Origin: Chara braunii
Lineage: Eukaryota > Plantae > Charophyceae
Direction of reading: 5' to 3'
Assembly (NCBI GenBank): GCA_003427395.1
Contig: BFEA01000019.1
Span: 337,026-401,025 of the forward strand
DNA length: 64,000 bases
A model generated the notes under the pieces. The model was given only the letters and a program-made list of their open reading frames with translations, searched no databases and was not told the DNA's origin. The translations under genes and the position numbers were made by a program. This document shows, piece by piece, positions 58,713 to 64,000 of this stretch (position 1 is its first letter; every line of letters starts with the position of its first letter).

Positions 58713-60325
58713 TATATATGGCGTAGAAAGTTATGGGTAACTAAGGGCATACTCACACTAGCACCTTTTTTACTTATTTCCGAACGGAATCGTGTACGAC
58801 ATAAATGCGGTCAGATACATTTAAGAAAGTACCAGTGCGAGACTGTACGCAAAATTCATGAATCCAGGACTCAGGTTCTGGTAGACATTGCTACCGGTTG
58901 AGGATTTCCCTTTTCGCCCCTAGGAGCGCTTAGCGTACGCGCGATCGCACCCTGGTACTGGCCCGTGCCGCGTCACCGGTTGACGCGTGTTGCGGCCCGA
59001 CCCCCCGTTGGAGGGGGTTCCACGTTGCGCCCTGCAGCGGCCGCGGTTCCGACACGTGGCAGTTTCATGCTGGCATATCCGGGGACACAGTGGAGTTCGC
59101 CTGTGGTAGGATCGAAGTGTGCGTCTACGTGGAACGATCGCAAGCAAGTCAATCAGAGCTGGAAGACGGCACGGAGGAAGATACACCGCAGACATCGAAG
59201 CGACCTGGAACTGACGTGAAAACAGAGCGATGCAGATATAAGGAAGACTGTACTAGAAGGGCGACCCGAATTTGACGTGGGAACGGAGGACAGCTTAAAA
59301 AAAAAAAAACACAACAACTGTCTATCAAACGAAGGGCGGGTTGGATCGTTGTAAAAGAGGATCGCAATACAAGTCACACGAAGCGGGGAGAGAAAGGGAC
59401 GCGTGGATACGACCGATCTAAATTAGGTGTTAAGACGGGAGGCAGTGAGGAGGGCGTAGGGAGAAATACATTGGAGATACCAGAGAGACGCGTGGATCAG
59501 GCCGGTCCAAATTTGGTGCGAAGACGGGAGGCGGTGAGGTGGGCACAGGGAGAAACACACGGGAGATATCGAAGCGATCCGAGTTCCGACGTGAAAACGG
59601 AGCAGTGAAGACACAGGGAAGACTACACTAGAGGGGTGTTCTTAATTGGCAAAAATAAAAAATAAAAAAATCAGGGAGGAAGAGAGAAAACGAGCCATCA
59701 GCAAGCATTGGTAAACGAAAGGAGGAGAAGAAGGTGCTGAGCGGGGGCTGACACGCGTGTCGAGAGGTGGGGCACTTCGCCCCGGGAGCAAGAGTGGGCG
59801 TCACGAGGAATGGTAGTAGACGGCGAAGAAGACAGATGACGCTATGAGGGCATCCCCTGGAAACGACCGCATGACGGCGAGGACTCATCATCGGGAGCGG
59901 GAGCGATCTTCGTGAACGACAACCGCGATAGTATACCGCAACCTCCTTTCCCTCCCCTTGCCCCCCACCCCCGGGTTAGTGCTTCCTCTGCCCCTGCCCT
60001 CCTTCCCCAATTTCCTCCCCCCCTCTTAATGAGGGACGCCGGGCCCGGTTGACCGCGCGTGTGACATCGCAAAAAAAAAAAAAAAAAATAAAAAAAAAAA
60101 AAAAAAAAAAAAAAAACCAAAAAAAAAAAAAAAAAAATTGATAAGAAAAAACACAAAAAAAGAGGGAAGAAGAGATAAAAAGAGGAAAAATAGAGGAAGA
60201 ATAGAGAAAAGGAGAGGAAAACAACAGAATTGCACCACCAATAACAAGCAAACAACCAAAACAATCAACAAAAACAGCATCAGAAAAGACCAAGATAACA
60301 CAGTTACGTGGAACAAAACATACAT

Positions 60326-63300
60326 TATGGACAACCCTGGAAGCCGTAGCCGGCGGGGGCAAAGAGGAATGGGCCCCCTCATCTACTACCAGGGGGCGAT
60401 AAGGCATAACCCGCTCAGGCAGCTGGCAGTCCCCCCATACGGACGGCCCGTGTTGCAAAAGGCCCCCGCAGCCACTCAGGGCCAACCGCCACACCCGCCC
60501 GTATTCCGATCCGACCAGCACTGCTGGCCGGGACTAACAGACCAACGGGAACAACGGCCCACCCGAGCACACAAAATTACCCCAGAGGCGGATCCGGCTT
60601 CTCGGACCCCTGGCTCAGATTAGAAGGGGGTAGATCGCGGGGAGGACGAGAAGGAGACGGAGCTGAAGAGGGGTGGGAAGGAGGTGGAGATGGAGGATGA
60701 TAGCGGAAGTGAGAAAGAGGAGGAAGAGGAGGAGGAGAATGAGGAGGAGAATGNGGAAGAAGATGACGAAATGTTGACCGAGGAAGAACAGCTCCAACAG
60801 AAAGACAGACAACAGCAGCAGCCTGGGACAGAACAAGGAAAAAAAGGAAAAGAGGAATCGAGACCCACATGGGCCCAGCGTGTCAGGGCAACGATTCATG
60901 AGAAATCCCTCGATATCCGGAGGGCCTCTCCGAACTCGCAACAGGGGAACGAAGAAACCCTGAAAGTTCCTCTTCGCAACCTTTCGTCAGCACGTGCTTA
61001 CTTTTTGACCCTCTTCCTCCTTCCCTATGAGAACCAGGTAGTAGATCAGGGGGGGAGGAGAACAATGATGAAGGTATACCCCCCTGACAAACTGGAGGTA
61101 AGAGACAAAACGTACTACCAACACGCAAGCAACTGGCTCTTCCTGGGTGACGTGACACAAAGATCGATCAATGACAAAATAAAATGGATACACAAGAAAT
61201 TGGAGGAGATGAAAGGCAATCCGGACGCGGTTCAGGAATTTTTCCTAATTCAACCGCTCTCCTCCACGGTTTTCACCATCCTTAGTCTCTTCACAGAAGA
61301 CAAACAGAAGATGGACATGTGGCGGTCAATAAAATGGGAGCATTCGGAGGTGCGGATCTACCCGTGGCAACCCAAGAAGGTAACCCCGGAAGAAAGGAGG
61401 GAACAGTTGATGAAAGACCACCACTGGGTCGAATTTAGACATATCCCGGTGGAAATCCAGGCCACCTTCGTGCACGACTTTGGGCAACAATACAACATTG
61501 TCGACTTCATCGACCCTCTCCCGTCCTATGTGGCAAGGCGTGACGATTATCTAATGCTGGCGCTGGATCTATCGAAAGACCAGCCTTTCTCGATAGACGA
61601 CATCATACCTTACAGAATGGGGGGGAGGGTCTTCCAAATCCACACAGCCCACAAATTTCGCCCATGGTGCTTCAAATGTAGGGCATATGGGCACTTGAGT
61701 ACGGAGGTTGCCTGTCCCTACCACCCAAGCAACAGAGGCCCGCCGACGACCCGTCTTAGACAGGACCAACGGCGGCCCAACAGATGGTACACAGTAAACC
61801 AGGGACACAAAGGGTGGGTATACCTGACGGACCGAGACTTGACAGGACAGATAAAAGGCTGGACCTGGGAGGGGAGGGGAGCCCCCTGCTGAGCCACCAG
61901 GCCCCCCAACGATTGGTCCCCCCCCCAGATAGACCAGACTCAGCGGTCAGACAAGTCGGTGGAACCAGGGAGGTCATCCCCAAAGCCCTCGACCTCGCAA
62001 GGCCAAGAGGGTCAACCAAAAAAACCGCCCTGCCAGGTCCAGGAGCGACAAAATAAACAGTCTTGGGGCCCGCACGCAAAGAGATATCTTCCAATCGAGA
62101 AGAAAACAGAAGTGGAACCCCAAATACAACAACCCCCCGGTCCTCCGCCACCCCAAGGGAGTACGACCCACCCTGCACAGCCCTCCCAAAATGAGCATGC
62201 ATCCCCAACAGATGGGTCACAACAATCCAGTGCGGCAACGGACCCACTCCAAGATGCCTTCGGCCCCGCGCCGATGGACATTGAAATACTCCCCGGGGCA
62301 CCACCCCCACCCGAGGTGGAAATGACCGACGCTCAAGCTGCAAATACCGCCCAGCCCGCCACTGATGAGCAAAACGATCTACCAAATGATATACAAACAA
62401 CGGGAGACACACGGGGAATGGCCCTACAGGACGTAGCGGAGTGGTTAATGAAGAACCTCCGCCTGAAATATCCAAATGATAGTGAGGAGATGTGGGATGA
62501 TGTGTACAGAGACCTGGTAGCTTTGCTGGAAAGCAGCCCCAGCCTCCATTCCGCTTTGACCCGTGGCCTGCCAACAGGAGCGAGCTGGAACCAAATCCAC
62601 TACAAACTGTTGCACATAGTTCTCACCCGGTTCCAGTCCCCCTCGCCTGTGCAGACCTCGGGGGAAACAGTGAGACACACAAAGGAGGGTGGAACGGGTG
62701 GCCCCGCGGGAAGGAACCGGGACGGGTCTCACCAATGTAATGACGCCCTAGAAAATGGCTCCTCCCGGAACGGGGTGCAGCAGCCGGCCGATGCTGCAGA
62801 GCAGAACTCAAAAGTAAAAAACCCGGGCCCGGAAAACACCAGCGACAGGGCGGACCCGGGAGTAGAGAGAGAGGATTTGCAACATCCTCAAGACGTCCTG
62901 CAACACGACGGGACACACCCGGGAAACCAGACAGAAGCGCTCCCCGAACCGGGACAGTCCTGCGGCATAGAAAAAGGAAAAAATCCCCTCCTGAGAAGCA
63001 CTGACGCAGATGAGGGACAGACTCGAGGCACAGAAAATGAGAAAAATGAGAGAAATGGGAAGAGTCCCCTGCAAGGAAATACCAGTGTAGATGAGGGGGA
63101 ACCACAAGCTGAATCGAGGCCTATTGGCCAACCACACTCGGGCTTGGTACAGCCTGTGGAACAGGACAATGGGGCAGGCGGGCTATGCCTGGCATTGCCA
63201 GCCTGGGACTGTGCCTCGTCTGTACCCGAACCCGACCCTCCCGACCCCCCTCCCCCCCCGGAACCCCCTGCTGACACCCTCACCAGCAGGCGACAAAAAA

Positions 63301-63803
63301 TCCGTCACCTGCTGGAAAAGGCGTCCCAGTTCCAGCCCTCCAATAAGGGGGTGCTGCTTCTCCCAGTCAGGCGCGCACATGGAACATGGGAGATAGGCCT
63401 CTCCACCCCCCCCGAAGCGACTCACGGAGAGCTGTCCCTCCAGGGACGCTCATCCTATTTTCTATCCTTGACATCATGGGCCGACAATCTGACCTTCTGG
63501 AAACAGGACATTGTCAAGCTAATTCATGGCCTCCTTCCAGGGGGCGCTACGTCAGTCCTGGAGGTCTCCCACGGCCAGGACAGACTGACCGTCAGGGACA
63601 TCTACGTGCGATATGACCACCCGGACATGGAGGGACTGTGCTGGTTCCACAATGACGCCCTCCTGGACCTCCAGCTCCTCAAGATAAAGGCCGGCGACCT
63701 CTGGTTGGCAACGGAGGCAGAATCCTTCCTGGTAAACATACTCAGGAAAGGAACCCTGCAGAAGGGTGGTATCTTAGACACTGCAAAATGGATGGCCATA
63801 TAA
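60326..63803 (+). CDS. LINE ORF1 region (long, apparently frameshifted) with zinc knuckle
   Basis: RIYPWQP...WVEFRHIP...WCFKCRAYGHLSTEVAC in ORF 60684-61892, followed by ORF 61959-63803. Confidence 0.75.
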
Positions 63804-63874
63804 AAAAAAAAAAAAAACACAAAAAAAACAAAAACACAGAATAATTACAGAGAAGGGGGTGGTGAAATACAGCA

Positions 63875-64000
63875 ATGAATGTGGTCGACGCGCTTTTTGG
63901 TAGGGACAAAGCCTGGCAGCTTTGCAAACGACAGGCGGACTTGGACCTGCGCTCACTAAATGTCAATGGCCTGGCTTCCGCCAAAGCCCATAAAAGGCAG
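63875..64000 (+). CDS. Start of LINE ORF2 (APE endonuclease), runs off the window
   Basis: MNVVDALFG...DLRSLNVNGL, the typical endonuclease N-terminal motif. Confidence 0.8.
   Translation, partial: MNVVDALFGRDKAWQLCKRQADLDLRSLNVNGLASAKAHKRQ

Noticed and set aside
60033-60070. Additional copy of the pseudoknot module before a poly(A) tract
   Set aside because: Only a PK1-like half with a bulged stem; too degenerate to count confidently

Overview
Repeat-rich eukaryotic nuclear DNA from a gapped draft assembly. The TE types, trihelix-bearing element, iMet PBSs and plant-type telomere motifs suggest a charophyte alga such as Chara (inference). The host genes visible are two convergent, intronless, signal-peptide serpin paralogues: one intact (35779-37443, -) and one pseudogenised (~18953-20637, +). 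Each is followed by a decayed duplicate of its reactive-loop C-terminus, and each has a homologous 76-nt orphan exon further upstream, implying an old inverted segmental duplication. The rest is TEs: a Ty3/Gypsy 5' end, many L1/Tx1-like LINE pieces, a PIF/Harbinger-like Myb/SANT element, MITEs, an 8-bp-TSD DNA element and tRNA-derived SINE heads. Two structured-RNA systems stand out. (1) A retrozyme-like unit of ~689 nt just upstream of the intact serpin has a complete type III hammerhead ribozyme and an internal antisense copy beginning almost exactly at the cleavage site. (2) A covarying tandem-pseudoknot module, usually followed by a CUCUUA stem-loop, recurs ~14 times, mostly at LINE 3' ends, and its architecture resembles the tobamovirus upstream pseudoknot domain. 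A Nextera mate-pair adapter at 15436-15473 marks a local mis-assembly.
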